Below the pieces are notes generated by a model. That model was not told the origin of the DNA, ran no database searches, and saw only the letters and a list, made by a program, of their open reading frames with translations. The position numbers and the translations under genes are program-made. A stretch of DNA of 64,000 bases from an uncultured Oscillospiraceae bacterium (GTDB taxonomy: Bacteria > Bacillota > Clostridia > Oscillospirales > Ruminococcaceae), in the NCBI GenBank assembly GCA_964369345.1, contig CAYJFF010000001.1:33-64032 (forward strand), given 5' to 3'. Positions 19,280 through 28,552 of the stretch are shown piece by piece; within the stretch, counting starts at the first letter, position 1, and each line of letters starts with the position of its first letter.

Positions 19280-20191
19280 CTATTGACGTAGTCTTGGGTC
19301 TAGTGCATCTCTTAGACCATCGCCAAAGAGATTAAAGCCCAAAACAATGATACACAGTACAAGTGCTGGGAAGAATAGCTGGTACGGGTACAAGTCTACT
19401 TTACCCTCGGATATAAGAACACCAAGACTGATGCTAGGTGCTTCTAGACCCATGCCCAAGAAACTTAGTGATGCTTCGCTAAAGATATAACGTGGGATAC
19501 TTGATGCTATGTTAAGGATAAGTACGCTTACTGTATTTGGAATAAAGTGTTGCATAATAATCCTAGCTGGGCTTGCACCCAGTGTTTCTGCCGCCATAAC
19601 ATACTCAGACTCACGCAGCTGCATAATCTGTCCACGCATTTGGCGTGCTGTAAAGCACCAAGAGGTAACACTCATAGCAAAAACAAGCGCTACAAGGCTT
19701 TTATCCAGTACCATCATTATAAGCAGTGTTATAAGTAGTGATGGTATTGATGTAATAATCTCGATAATACGCATAAGTAGGTCATCTATCCAGCCACCAA
19801 AGTATGCCATTATACCACCAACAGTACAGCCCACAACAACTTGTATAGCAGTACAGACAAGTGCAACAATAATAGATACTCTAGCACCCACCCATATACG
19901 TGAGAACATATCCCTACCTAGGGAGTCCGTACCAAACCAAAACTCGCTGTTTGGTTCTAGATTTTTTAGTTTTGCATTAATAGAAATATAGTCCATACCA
20001 CGCAGTATTGGTGCAAAAATAGCCATAGCTATACAAACAACAAGAAGAACCAGACCAAAAATAGCTATAGGGTTTTTCTTTAGTCTTCTCCATGTATCTT
20101 GCCAATACGATATAGTAGGTCTGCTGATTAAGTCGCTATCAAATCGGTCCGACGGAACTCTTTGAAAGCTTTTTTCATTTAATTGTGCCAT
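19280..20191 (-). CDS. oppC: Oligopeptide ABC transporter permease
   Basis: BPD-type permease of 303 aa with an N-terminal OppC-like extension and an EAA-like loop (ETLGASPARII). Confidence 0.8.
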   Translation of the reverse strand: MAQLNEKSFQRVPSDRFDSDLISRPTISYWQDTWRRLKKNPIAIFGLVLLVVCIAMAIFAPILRGMDYISINAKLKNLEPNSEFWFGTDSLGRDMFSRIWVGARVSIIVALVCTAIQVVVGCTVGGIMAYFGGWIDDLLMRIIEIITSIPSLLITLLIMMVLDKSLVALVFAMSVTSWCFTARQMRGQIMQLRESEYVMAAETLGASPARIIMQHFIPNTVSVLILNIASSIPRYIFSEASLSFLGMGLEAPSISLGVLISEGKVDLYPYQLFFPALVLCIIVLGFNLFGDGLRDALDPRLRQ

Positions 20192-20202
20192 CTCTCTGCC
20201 TC

Positions 20203-21159
20203 CTATTTCTTTCCGCCACTTAGACGAATTCTTGGGTCGATAACTGTGTATAGAATATCAGTAATGAATACAACTGCGATATATATAGCAGAGATTATTA
20301 CTGTTTGACCCAAAACAATGGTAACATCACGACCATTGATAGCTTCTATAAAGTACAGGCCTATACCAGGTATTGCAAAAATTTTCTCTATGAAGAAAGA
20401 ACCCGTAATACACATAGCGATACTCATAGGCAGGTTTGTGATAACAGGAATAAACGAGTTCCTGATAACATGTTTTCTAACTACTTGCCATCTAGATAGA
20501 CCCTTAGACTCTGCTGTTAATACGTATTCTTGGTTAAGTACATCTAGCATAGATGTTTTAAGCAGCCTAGCATAAGAAGCAATATATGTAAAGCAACCTG
20601 TTAGTGTAGGTAGCACAGTGTATTCCCAGCCACCAAACCACAGGTCGTCACCTTTTGGCCAACCAATAACAGGGAACCAGTTTAGGGTCCCTGCAAATAT
20701 TTGCTGTAGTAATAGTCCCAGTACCAGATGCGGTATAGATATTAGCAAGATGGATAGCGTTACTATCGCATAGTCTATCCACGAACCTTTTTTCATAGCT
20801 GCAAACACGCCAAGCGCTAGACCAGAAAGCACGCCTACTAGCATTTGCTGTATACCCAGCCTTGCAGATACAGGCCCTTTTGTAGTTATAATAGATGAAA
20901 CTGTTTGTCCCTCAAAGATGATTGACTCACCAAAATCGCCCTGTAGCATACTACTAAAAGTTATGAAGTATCTTTCCATCAGGGGCTTATCAAGACCATA
21001 TTTTTTGTATAGATTTACTTTTATTTGCTCCGGCATTGTTTCTGTCCTAGCAGATAGTGCATCACCCGGCACTGCCGCTAGTAGGAAAAATGTGGCGGTT
21101 GCAATAATGTATAATGTTAGCAACATTACCAAGAGTCGCCTTATAAAGTATTTTATCAT
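20203..21159 (-). CDS. oppB: Oligopeptide ABC transporter permease
   Basis: Begins MIKYFIRRLL, the typical OppB/DppB N-terminus, and carries the EAA loop AESKGLSRWQVVRKH. ATG 21159 has a GGAGGGGAG RBS. Confidence 0.8.
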   Translation of the reverse strand: MIKYFIRRLLVMLLTLYIIATATFFLLAAVPGDALSARTETMPEQIKVNLYKKYGLDKPLMERYFITFSSMLQGDFGESIIFEGQTVSSIITTKGPVSARLGIQQMLVGVLSGLALGVFAAMKKGSWIDYAIVTLSILLISIPHLVLGLLLQQIFAGTLNWFPVIGWPKGDDLWFGGWEYTVLPTLTGCFTYIASYARLLKTSMLDVLNQEYVLTAESKGLSRWQVVRKHVIRNSFIPVITNLPMSIAMCITGSFFIEKIFAIPGIGLYFIEAINGRDVTIVLGQTVIISAIYIAVVFITDILYTVIDPRIRLSGGKK

Positions 21160-21390
21160 ATTAATACTCCCCTCCGCTCCACGTCGGCACAAAATATAGT
21201 GAAAATTGCTGTCTTAACCATCGTGAAGCAAAGGAATGGTTAAGAGTATTATTGCACATAAGGCAACTTAATTAGCGTATCGATAAAAGCTTGCTGTAGA
21301 TAAATATTCATTTGATTATTATAAGCTTAAGGTCTGATTTCAAACAAACACCTGCAAACTGAATCCATAGTTCCCCATATACAGTTATAC

Positions 21391-21430
21391 GAAAAGAGGG
21401 AAAGCCTCCTTACAGAAGCTTTCCTCTCTT
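21391..21430 (-). terminator. Intercistronic hairpin (attenuator or partial terminator) just after oppA
   Basis: On the - strand the stem AAGAGAGGAAAGC / GCTTTCCCTCTT has one bulge and is followed by UUUU. It lies 20 nt after the oppA stop. Confidence 0.6.
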
Positions 21431-21449
21431 ATTACACAAGCATCGCTTA

Positions 21450-23189
21450 TTATTTACCGGAAATATAAGCTCTACTAAACTCAAATTCTGTACCGAACAA
21501 TGGTGTGCTTAGGTTTTTCACATAGTCTTGTACAAAGAACTCAGATGTTTTAAAGTATATTGGAGCAGTACCTGCTTGCTCAGCAATTAGGTTGTTTTCT
21601 AGTGCTACATATAGGTCTGCACGAACTTGCTCATCGCTCTCTGTTGCTAGTTGGTTGAACATTGCATCAAAATCTTCGTTGCTGTAACCACCCATAAATC
21701 TAGCATAGCCACTATCTGTGTTCCACAGCTCCATGAATGTTAGAGGATCGTTGTAGTCACCATTCCAGCCCATGAATACTAGGTCATAACGGTTGTTGTT
21801 ACGCTCTTCTACGAACAAGCTGCTATCAGAAAGGATGTTTGCATTGATTTTAACACCAAGTACAGATTCCCATGTTTGTCTGAAGTACTCTTGGATATTT
21901 CTTGTTTGCTCTGTTGAACCACTGGAGATAATTGTAAACTCATAAGCGGATAGGTCGGAAGCATCTTTACCAGCCTCTGTGATACCCTCTTTTAGTAGAG
22001 CTTGTAGTTTCTCTGGTGTGTCGTATTCTTCTAGTAGAGCTAGTAGTGGCTCTTCGTTTAGTGTGCGGTACTCAGTCTCGCCAACCATGATACCATGTGG
22101 TACGATGCTGTATGCAGGTGTGTTGATACCCTCATAGATTAGCTCGTTCATTTCCTCACGGTCGATAGCTAGGGAGAATGCAAGTCTTACTTTCTCATTG
22201 TTCATAAGACCTGTAGGGCCACCTGTGTGCTGGTTGAAGCACATGTAGTTAACACTTGGAGATGTTTTTGTAATTTGTACTAGAGAATCCATCTCAGACC
22301 ATTTGCTGATGTACTCTGTATCTGCAGTTACAAAATCAAGCTCTTGAGATTGTAGTAATAGAGACTGTGTAGAAGCCTCTGCAATTTCTTTTAGAGTTAC
22401 TTTTTCTAGGATTACGTTTTCAGCATCCCAGTATGTTGGGTTTTTAACAAGAATCATCTCGTTTTCTAGAATTCTAGACTCGATGATGAAAGGTCCGTTA
22501 AATACGTGTTTTTCAAAATCTGTAGCATATGTCTCGCCAGCGCCTTCGATTATATCAAGTCTGATTGGGAAGAAACATACGTTACTTAGTTTTTTGTTGA
22601 AGAAAGGAATAGCTGTGTGTAGTGTAATCTCAAGTGTTTTATCGTCGATAGCTTTTACACCTACATCAGCAGCTGTAGCCTCACCAGCATAGAACTCTGC
22701 TGCATTTAGGATATCATATGCAAGGAAAGAATAAGAGAAAGCATTCTCTGGAGTTAGTAGTCTTATAAAAGAATCTACATATTGTTGTGCTGTAACAGGT
22801 GTGCCGTCACTCCACATGTGGTCTCTAATTGTGTATGTGTATACAAGACCATCATCAGATACTGTGTAGCTCTCTGCGCCTGCATTTGTAACAACATCAT
22901 TGCCGTTCTCGTCTGTAAAAGTACGGAAAAGACCCTCATTGATATGGCTCATAACTTGGAACTCATTAGCATTACGAGCATCGTTTGTGTCAAGTGTTGC
23001 TAGGTCAGTAAATACCATGTTTAGCTCTTGAACATCTTCTGTTGCATCACCACTTGTATCTTCGCTAGATGCTGTGCTGCTTGTTGCTGTGCTAGTGCTA
23101 CTGCTAGAAGTAGCAGCTGTGTCACAAGCTACCATAGCAACAGCCATTGTAGCTGCCAGTAGTGCAGCAAGTACTTTTTTTAGTTTCAT
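21450..23189 (-). CDS. oppA: Oligopeptide-binding lipoprotein (family 5 substrate-binding protein)
   Basis: The signal peptide has the lipobox AMVAC and is followed by a Ser/Thr-rich linker. The 579-aa body is SBP_bac_5-like. Confidence 0.85.
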   Translation of the reverse strand: MKLKKVLAALLAATMAVAMVACDTAATSSSSTSTATSSTASSEDTSGDATEDVQELNMVFTDLATLDTNDARNANEFQVMSHINEGLFRTFTDENGNDVVTNAGAESYTVSDDGLVYTYTIRDHMWSDGTPVTAQQYVDSFIRLLTPENAFSYSFLAYDILNAAEFYAGEATAADVGVKAIDDKTLEITLHTAIPFFNKKLSNVCFFPIRLDIIEGAGETYATDFEKHVFNGPFIIESRILENEMILVKNPTYWDAENVILEKVTLKEIAEASTQSLLLQSQELDFVTADTEYISKWSEMDSLVQITKTSPSVNYMCFNQHTGGPTGLMNNEKVRLAFSLAIDREEMNELIYEGINTPAYSIVPHGIMVGETEYRTLNEEPLLALLEEYDTPEKLQALLKEGITEAGKDASDLSAYEFTIISSGSTEQTRNIQEYFRQTWESVLGVKINANILSDSSLFVEERNNNRYDLVFMGWNGDYNDPLTFMELWNTDSGYARFMGGYSNEDFDAMFNQLATESDEQVRADLYVALENNLIAEQAGTAPIYFKTSEFFVQDYVKNLSTPLFGTEFEFSRAYISGK

Positions 23190-23293
23190 CTCAAATCACC
23201 TATTGTCCTTAGTTTTTTATAAAAAACAGATAATTTTACAAAAATACACCTATTTTTTACATTAAACAAGAAAATTCTCGTTTAATTTACATA

Positions 23294-23322
23294 ATTATAA
23301 CATTCGACTTTTTGTATGTCAA
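23294..23322 (-). promoter_or_regulatory. Sigma-A type promoter of the opp operon
   Basis: On the - strand: TTGACA, 17-nt spacer, TATAAT (perfect consensus). Confidence 0.65.
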
Positions 23323-23432
23323 TGAAAAAGGTACTCCTCTACAATAAGTTGGTTTATTTTGCCCTAAATTCAGCACTTCAACTTGATAAATTGTACAAAA
23401 AGTATACACTTTTTATTCACATTTGTTCACAT

Positions 23433-23639
23433 TTAGTCTTCTGCATACTCCAATATGTCACCAGGTTGGCAATTCAGAGCTTTGCATATAGCCTCCAAAG
23501 TTGAAAATCTAATAGCACTCACTTTGCCTGTCTTTAGCTTGGACAAGTTAACATTTGCTATACCCACCATTTGCGATAGTTGGTTAAGCGATATTTTCCT
23601 ATCCGCCATTACTCTATCCAGTCTTAATATAATCGCCAT
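23433..23639 (-). CDS. Small XRE-family helix-turn-helix regulator (YozG-like, 68 aa)
   Basis: LDRVMADRKISLNQLSQMVGIANVNLSKLKTGKVSAIRFSTLEAICKALNCQPGDILEY is typical of this family. I chose ATG 23639. Confidence 0.8.
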   Translation of the reverse strand: MAIILRLDRVMADRKISLNQLSQMVGIANVNLSKLKTGKVSAIRFSTLEAICKALNCQPGDILEYAED

Positions 23640-23646
23640 ATCCACC

Positions 23647-24249
23647 TCACAATGTTTCGTCTGCCTGTGTTTGCAATTCCTCGCCATACTTAAATGCTGT
23701 GTACAGCCCCGTATAAACCACTATATCTATAGCAACACCTAAATCTACACTAAAGCCCTGTGGCACATAGCTACCATAAAAGTAGTCTGGCAGGATAAGC
23801 TGATAAAAAACACCCGCAAACTGGTATAGATTATGCATTATCAAAGACATTATAATAGAAACTATAAATATAAACTTTAGGTTTCTACTTACTTTTCCAA
23901 CGAACACATTGCCACATACTGTTTCGCGAACAATATTATTTACTGGCACTAGGTATAGCGAAATGCTACTCACCACCACCAGCACCACCACCGACCATAT
24001 CAGCACCGCTGTTTTCCTAGCTGCTAGGTCGTCTATATGAGCCATATTTATAGCGTCATTCCCTCTATCACCCACCCATACTCTTAGGTAGTCGTGCATT
24101 TCGTCATACTCTGCAAATGTTGCTACAGGTGCTACAGCTGTGCTAATGATTGATACTATAGCTAGTATTAGCAAAATACCATAAAGCACAAACACTATCT
24201 TCATAAACACGTTTACTCTCTGCGACCAATTTTTTACTGAACTAAGCAT
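23647..24249 (-). CDS. DUF2975-like membrane protein, the usual partner of the YozG-like regulator
   Basis: A 4-5 TM protein directly upstream of the small HTH gene, a gene pair I recall as conserved. ATG 24249 lies 6 nt after AGGAGG. Confidence 0.55.
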   Translation of the reverse strand: MLSSVKNWSQRVNVFMKIVFVLYGILLILAIVSIISTAVAPVATFAEYDEMHDYLRVWVGDRGNDAINMAHIDDLAARKTAVLIWSVVVLVVVSSISLYLVPVNNIVRETVCGNVFVGKVSRNLKFIFIVSIIMSLIMHNLYQFAGVFYQLILPDYFYGSYVPQGFSVDLGVAIDIVVYTGLYTAFKYGEELQTQADETL

Positions 24250-24313
24250 TTTCATCCTCCTATCCACTTGGGTTTAATTCCCATCACCAATACTACGAGC
24301 TTATTACAAGTTA

Positions 24314-24342
24314 ATTATAGCAATCCATTATACGTTTGTCAA
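24314..24342 (-). promoter_or_regulatory. Sigma-A type promoter of the DUF2975/XRE pair
   Basis: On the - strand: TTGACA, 17-nt spacer, TATAAT. Confidence 0.6.
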
Positions 24343-24384
24343 TCTATTTTTAACGTTTATCGTTAATTTTTATATTTGTTGCAT

Positions 24385-24411
24385 AAAAAAGCACCGACAT
24401 TTAGTCGATGC
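24385..24411 (-). terminator. Intrinsic terminator of the his operon
   Basis: On the - strand the stem GCAUCGAC / GUCGGUGC includes one G-U pair and is followed by UUUUUU. Confidence 0.75.
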
Positions 24412-24419
24412 AATCTTTA

Positions 24420-24746
24420 TTATAATATCTCATTAAAAAAGCAAGAGAACTTTCCTGTATGGCAAGCAACACCTGTTTGCTTAACCGTAATAAGCAATGT
24501 GTCATTGTCACAGTCAGCACATATAGAAACAACCTTTTGCACATGACCACTGGTTGCACCTTTGTTCCACAGCTCTTTCCTAGAGCGACTGTAGAACCAT
24601 GTATAGCCAGTTTCTGCTGTCTTTTGCAAGCTTTCTTTATTCATATACGCAAGCATCAACACTTGTTTTTTATCTTCTTCAAAAACAATGGCGGGTATCA
24701 ATTCAGATTTTTCAAAGTATTTCTCTATATCATCTATTATCTTCAT
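24420..24746 (-). CDS. hisI: Phosphoribosyl-AMP cyclohydrolase, monofunctional (no HisE domain)
   Basis: 108 aa containing [23 protein letters not shown]...[17 protein letters not shown]. The protein ends right after the cyclohydrolase domain. Confidence 0.9.
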   Translation of the reverse strand: MKIIDDIEKYFEKSELIPAIVFEEDKKQVLMLAYMNKESLQKTAETGYTWFYSRSRKELWNKGATSGHVQKVVSICADCDNDTLLITVKQTGVACHTGKFSCFFNEIL

Positions 24747-24774
24747 ATCATGCTCCTATATTGTACAATTATTT

Positions 24775-25536
24775 TTATTTGCTATTTCGTGTTGGGATAT
24801 CGTTCTCTGTCAGATATGCTTTTACTTCTGCAACTGTTAGCTCTTTGTAATGGAATAGCGATGCCGCGAGCGCTGCATCTGCCTGTGTTTCTGTGAATAC
24901 ATCGCCAAAATGCCCCAGAGTGCCACAGCCACCACTTGCTATTACAGGTATGTCTACAACATCACAAACTGCATTCAGCAGCTCATGGTCAAACCCTGTT
25001 TTCTTGCCATCTGTGTCCATAGATGTCAGCAGTATTTCCCCAGCACCCAGCTCTGCAGCTTCTTTTGCCCACTCTATAGCGTCCAGCCCTGTATCAATCC
25101 TACCACCATTTACCACAACATGGAAACTATCATCAATACGCTTAGCATCTATAGCCACAACCACACACTGGCTACCAAAAATATCTGCCGCCTCACGTAT
25201 TAGCTGTGGGTTACGCACAGCAGCAGAGTTTACAGAAACTTTATCCGCACCTGCCCTTAGCGTGTTTTTGAAATCTTCTATAGAATTTATGCCACCACCA
25301 ACTGTCAGTGGTATAAAAACTTCCTTTGCTGTACGTCTTACTACATCTAGCATTGTCCCCCTACCCTCATGCGTTGCGGTTATATCTAGGAAAACAATCT
25401 CGTCTGCACCCTGACTATTATACTCTTTTGCACACTCTACAGGGTCGCCCACTTCTTTTATACCTACAAAGTTTATACCCTTTACCACTTTGCCATCACG
25501 CACATCAAGACACGGTATTATTCTTTTAGTCAGCAT
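24775..25536 (-). CDS. hisF: Imidazole glycerol phosphate synthase, cyclase subunit
   Basis: Begins [18 protein letters not shown] and contains the SGG.G blocks. Confidence 0.9.
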   Translation of the reverse strand: MLTKRIIPCLDVRDGKVVKGINFVGIKEVGDPVECAKEYNSQGADEIVFLDITATHEGRGTMLDVVRRTAKEVFIPLTVGGGINSIEDFKNTLRAGADKVSVNSAAVRNPQLIREAADIFGSQCVVVAIDAKRIDDSFHVVVNGGRIDTGLDAIEWAKEAAELGAGEILLTSMDTDGKKTGFDHELLNAVCDVVDIPVIASGGCGTLGHFGDVFTETQADAALAASLFHYKELTVAEVKAYLTENDIPTRNSK

Positions 25537-25540
25537 ATCT

Positions 25541-26257
25541 TTATCCTTTCGCTACTTTTAGCGCCTCTGCAAGGTCCAGCGTACCTTTGTACAAGGATTT
25601 ACCACAAATAGCACCCCACACATCTATGGCTTTCAAGTCACTGATATCACCAATATTGTGTATACCGCCACTAGCCACAATATTACAGCTAACAGCGCTA
25701 TTTATAGCACTCATCTGCTCTAGGTTTGGGCCTGCCAGCGTGCCATCTCTTGATATATCTGTGAAAACAATATGCCTAACGCCAACACTCTCCATAGCTT
25801 TTGCAAGCTCTATGTAGTCCACCTCCGATGTGTCCAGCCAGCCCTCTGTTGCTACTTTGCCATTCATGGCATCTATACCCACCACTATACGCTCGCCATA
25901 TTGTGCCACAGCTTCTTTTACTAGCGCAGGGTTTTTCACAGCCACAGAGCCCAGTATTATTCTATCTATTCCATTCTCTATATAGTAGCCAATTGTCTGC
26001 ATATCACGTATACCACCGCCAAGCTCAATCTTTAGGCTAGTGGTTTTTGCAAGCTCTACAAACAGGTCACGGTTTATCGGCTTTGCATCTTTTGCACCGT
26101 CTAGGTCAACCATATGCAGATATGTAGCACCTGCTAGCTCAAAGCCTTTTGCAGTGTCGAATGGGTTTTCTGCCACTTTCTCCACAGTGCCAAAATCTCC
26201 CTTTAGCAGTCGCACACAGTTGCCATCTTTTATATCAATCGCTGGTAATATTATCAC
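25541..26257 (-). CDS. hisA: ProFAR isomerase
   Basis: Begins [17 protein letters not shown] and contains the D.SRDGTL.G block. Confidence 0.9.
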   Translation of the reverse strand: MIILPAIDIKDGNCVRLLKGDFGTVEKVAENPFDTAKGFELAGATYLHMVDLDGAKDAKPINRDLFVELAKTTSLKIELGGGIRDMQTIGYYIENGIDRIILGSVAVKNPALVKEAVAQYGERIVVGIDAMNGKVATEGWLDTSEVDYIELAKAMESVGVRHIVFTDISRDGTLAGPNLEQMSAINSAVSCNIVASGGIHNIGDISDLKAIDVWGAICGKSLYKGTLDLAEALKVAKG

Positions 26258-26859
26258 TTAGTTAGCCCTCCAAAATTTTTAAGCATCATAAGACCTACCT
26301 CGCCACTTTTCTCTGGGTGGAACTGTGTGCCATATACATTGCCATTCGCTGTAATAGCAGTAATATCCACACCATAGCTTGCAGTCGCCACTAGATACTC
26401 GCTAGGTGTTGTTGCCATATATGAGTGCACAAAATACACGCAGTCGCCTGTATTAACACCCTTCAGCAGTGGGTTGTCTTTTTGTAGTATATCCAGACTG
26501 TTCCAGCCCATATGCGGTATCTTTAGCCCCGTGTCTGTAACGCCATCAACGCTACCAGGTATCAGCCCCAGTCCATCACATTCCTCGAACTCATAGCCTT
26601 TATCAAATAGCATCTGCATACCTAGACATATCCCCAGCAGTGGTTTTTTCTCCACCTGTTTTTTTAGCATTGGCACCAGCCCTGTTTCGTCTAGCATCTT
26701 CTTGGCATATGGGAAAGCGCCCACACCAGGTAGTATGTATCCGTCAGCACTCTCTATTACCTTACTATCACGTGTTATTACAGATTTTTCGCCTAGATAG
26801 TCCAGTGCATTCTGCACGCTGAACAAGTTCCCTGCGCCATAGTCAATAATTGCTATCAT
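26254..26859 (-). CDS. hisH: Imidazole glycerol phosphate synthase, glutaminase subunit
   Basis: IAIIDYGAGNL.SV, the catalytic GICLGMQ, and QFHPEKS are all present. Confidence 0.9.
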   Translation of the reverse strand: MIAIIDYGAGNLFSVQNALDYLGEKSVITRDSKVIESADGYILPGVGAFPYAKKMLDETGLVPMLKKQVEKKPLLGICLGMQMLFDKGYEFEECDGLGLIPGSVDGVTDTGLKIPHMGWNSLDILQKDNPLLKGVNTGDCVYFVHSYMATTPSEYLVATASYGVDITAITANGNVYGTQFHPEKSGEVGLMMLKNFGGLTK

Positions 26860-27437
26860 ATATCTAGCACTCCTTTTGTAGATAGCAAGCTATCTTTTGG
26901 TTTTACAGCCATACGCAGTGCATGTGCAACAGCCTTGAATATCGCCTCTGCCTTGTGGTGGTCATTGCTACCATATGGGCATGCAATATGCATCGTTATA
27001 CCTGCATTGAATGCAAAAGCACGGAAAAATTCCTCCACCATTTGTGTATCCATGTCACCGATTTTCTCTGCCCTAAAGTCACAGGAAAACACAAGAAATG
27101 GTCTACCACTGATATCTAGCACACAGGTGCCCAGTGCCTCGTCCATTGGTATAGATGCATTACCATACCTCGCTATTGGTGTGTCCATGAGGGCTTGCTT
27201 GAACGCCTTGCCCAGCACAATGCCTGTGTCCTCTATGGTGTGGTGGCAGTCCACGTGCAAGTCCCCTGTTACGGAGATATCTAGTTTAAAACCACCATGC
27301 ACAGCAAGCGCTGTCAACATATGGTCAAAGAAGCCTATGTTTGTTTGTATAGTACTTTCCCCGCAGTCCGGCGAAAGTTTTATTGCTATGTCAGTCTCTT
27401 TTGTTTTTCTTTTTAGTTCTACTTCTTGCATAATCAT
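26856..27437 (-). CDS. hisB: Imidazoleglycerol-phosphate dehydratase
   Basis: RKTKETDI..., DCHHTIEDTGI and NDHHKAEA.FKA motifs are present. Confidence 0.9.
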   Translation of the reverse strand: MIMQEVELKRKTKETDIAIKLSPDCGESTIQTNIGFFDHMLTALAVHGGFKLDISVTGDLHVDCHHTIEDTGIVLGKAFKQALMDTPIARYGNASIPMDEALGTCVLDISGRPFLVFSCDFRAEKIGDMDTQMVEEFFRAFAFNAGITMHIACPYGSNDHHKAEAIFKAVAHALRMAVKPKDSLLSTKGVLDI

Positions 27438-27478
27438 TCTCCAGTATATTGGTTGGGCTGTTTTTTATATCCAGATAA

Positions 27479-28537
27479 CTATGCGTTTTTAAGGATATTT
27501 TCAAACTCAGCCAAAAACTTTTCATTTTCCTCTGCTGTGCCACAGCTAACACGCAGATATTGTTTCATGTATCTTATAGCAATGGATTTTTCCAGTAATT
27601 CTACAAAACATCTCTCTGCTAACGGTGTTTTTATGTACACGAAATTTGTAGCAGATGGGTACACACACTCTATGCCACTATATTTATCCGCAAGTGCCGA
27701 TACCCTGTTTTTTAGCAATGCTGTCTGTTTTATAGTATCTGCAAACGCATTCTCCAAGAAAGCCTTATCCGACAGGACTATTTCTCCCACTACTTGTGAC
27801 ACTCTGTTTAGGTTGTATGGTGCTTTTGATGCCTTGAGCGCCAATGTAAACAATGTGTTCGCCACTGTAAAACCGATACGCATACCTGCAAGGTTCACAG
27901 CCTTGGAACAAGTTTTCAGCAAGATAACATTTTCATAGCTACTTGCTACGTCTATTATAGATTCCTCACAGAAATCCATATAAGCCTCATCAACTATAAC
28001 AAGTGCCTCTACACTCTCTATAAGCCTTATAACCTCTGCCCTTTTCATCGCAATAGAAGTAGGGTTGCAGGGGTTTGAGAATATAACAGCCGATATACCC
28101 TCGCTATTTATTCTCTCTATAGCCATATCCACATCTATGGTAAGGTCTGCACGTTTTGGCAGTGTCACACATTCCACACCATATATCTCTGTGTATACTT
28201 TGTACATGGAAAAATCTTGTTCAAACACTGCTATTTTATCGTGTTTCTCAAAGAAAGTACTCACTAGCAAGCCTATGGATTCATCACTACCATTAAATGC
28301 TACAACTGCGCTCGCTTTCACACCATAAAAGTCTGCAAATTTCTCGCACAGTGCCACGGCATACGGGTCTGGGTAACGGTTGAATGGTATCTCTGCCATT
28401 TTGTCAGACAATAAGCTTTTCTGTGCCTGTGTTAGCTCAAAATATCCCTCGTTTGCGTCCAGTCTTATATCATAATCGCCATCTATGGGGCTGTATGGTG
28501 TTAGATTTAGTATCCTCTTTGGTAAATTATATTTCAC
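27479..28537 (-). CDS. hisC: Histidinol-phosphate aminotransferase
   Basis: Class-II aminotransferase with LDANE, NPCNPT and the PLP-Lys block LKTCSKA..LAG.R.G. Confidence 0.85.
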   Translation of the reverse strand: MKYNLPKRILNLTPYSPIDGDYDIRLDANEGYFELTQAQKSLLSDKMAEIPFNRYPDPYAVALCEKFADFYGVKASAVVAFNGSDESIGLLVSTFFEKHDKIAVFEQDFSMYKVYTEIYGVECVTLPKRADLTIDVDMAIERINSEGISAVIFSNPCNPTSIAMKRAEVIRLIESVEALVIVDEAYMDFCEESIIDVASSYENVILLKTCSKAVNLAGMRIGFTVANTLFTLALKASKAPYNLNRVSQVVGEIVLSDKAFLENAFADTIKQTALLKNRVSALADKYSGIECVYPSATNFVYIKTPLAERCFVELLEKSIAIRYMKQYLRVSCGTAEENEKFLAEFENILKNA

Positions 28538-28552
28538 CTTAGCTACCTCGCT

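Noticed and set aside
23221-23300. Possible CodY box (AATTTTCWGAAAATT) and repeated TTTACA hexamers upstream of oppA.
   Set aside because: The best candidate, ATAATTTTACAAAAATA, has about 4 mismatches to the consensus. TTTACA hexamers are expected by chance in this AT-rich spacer. The evidence is too weak without a genome-wide scan.
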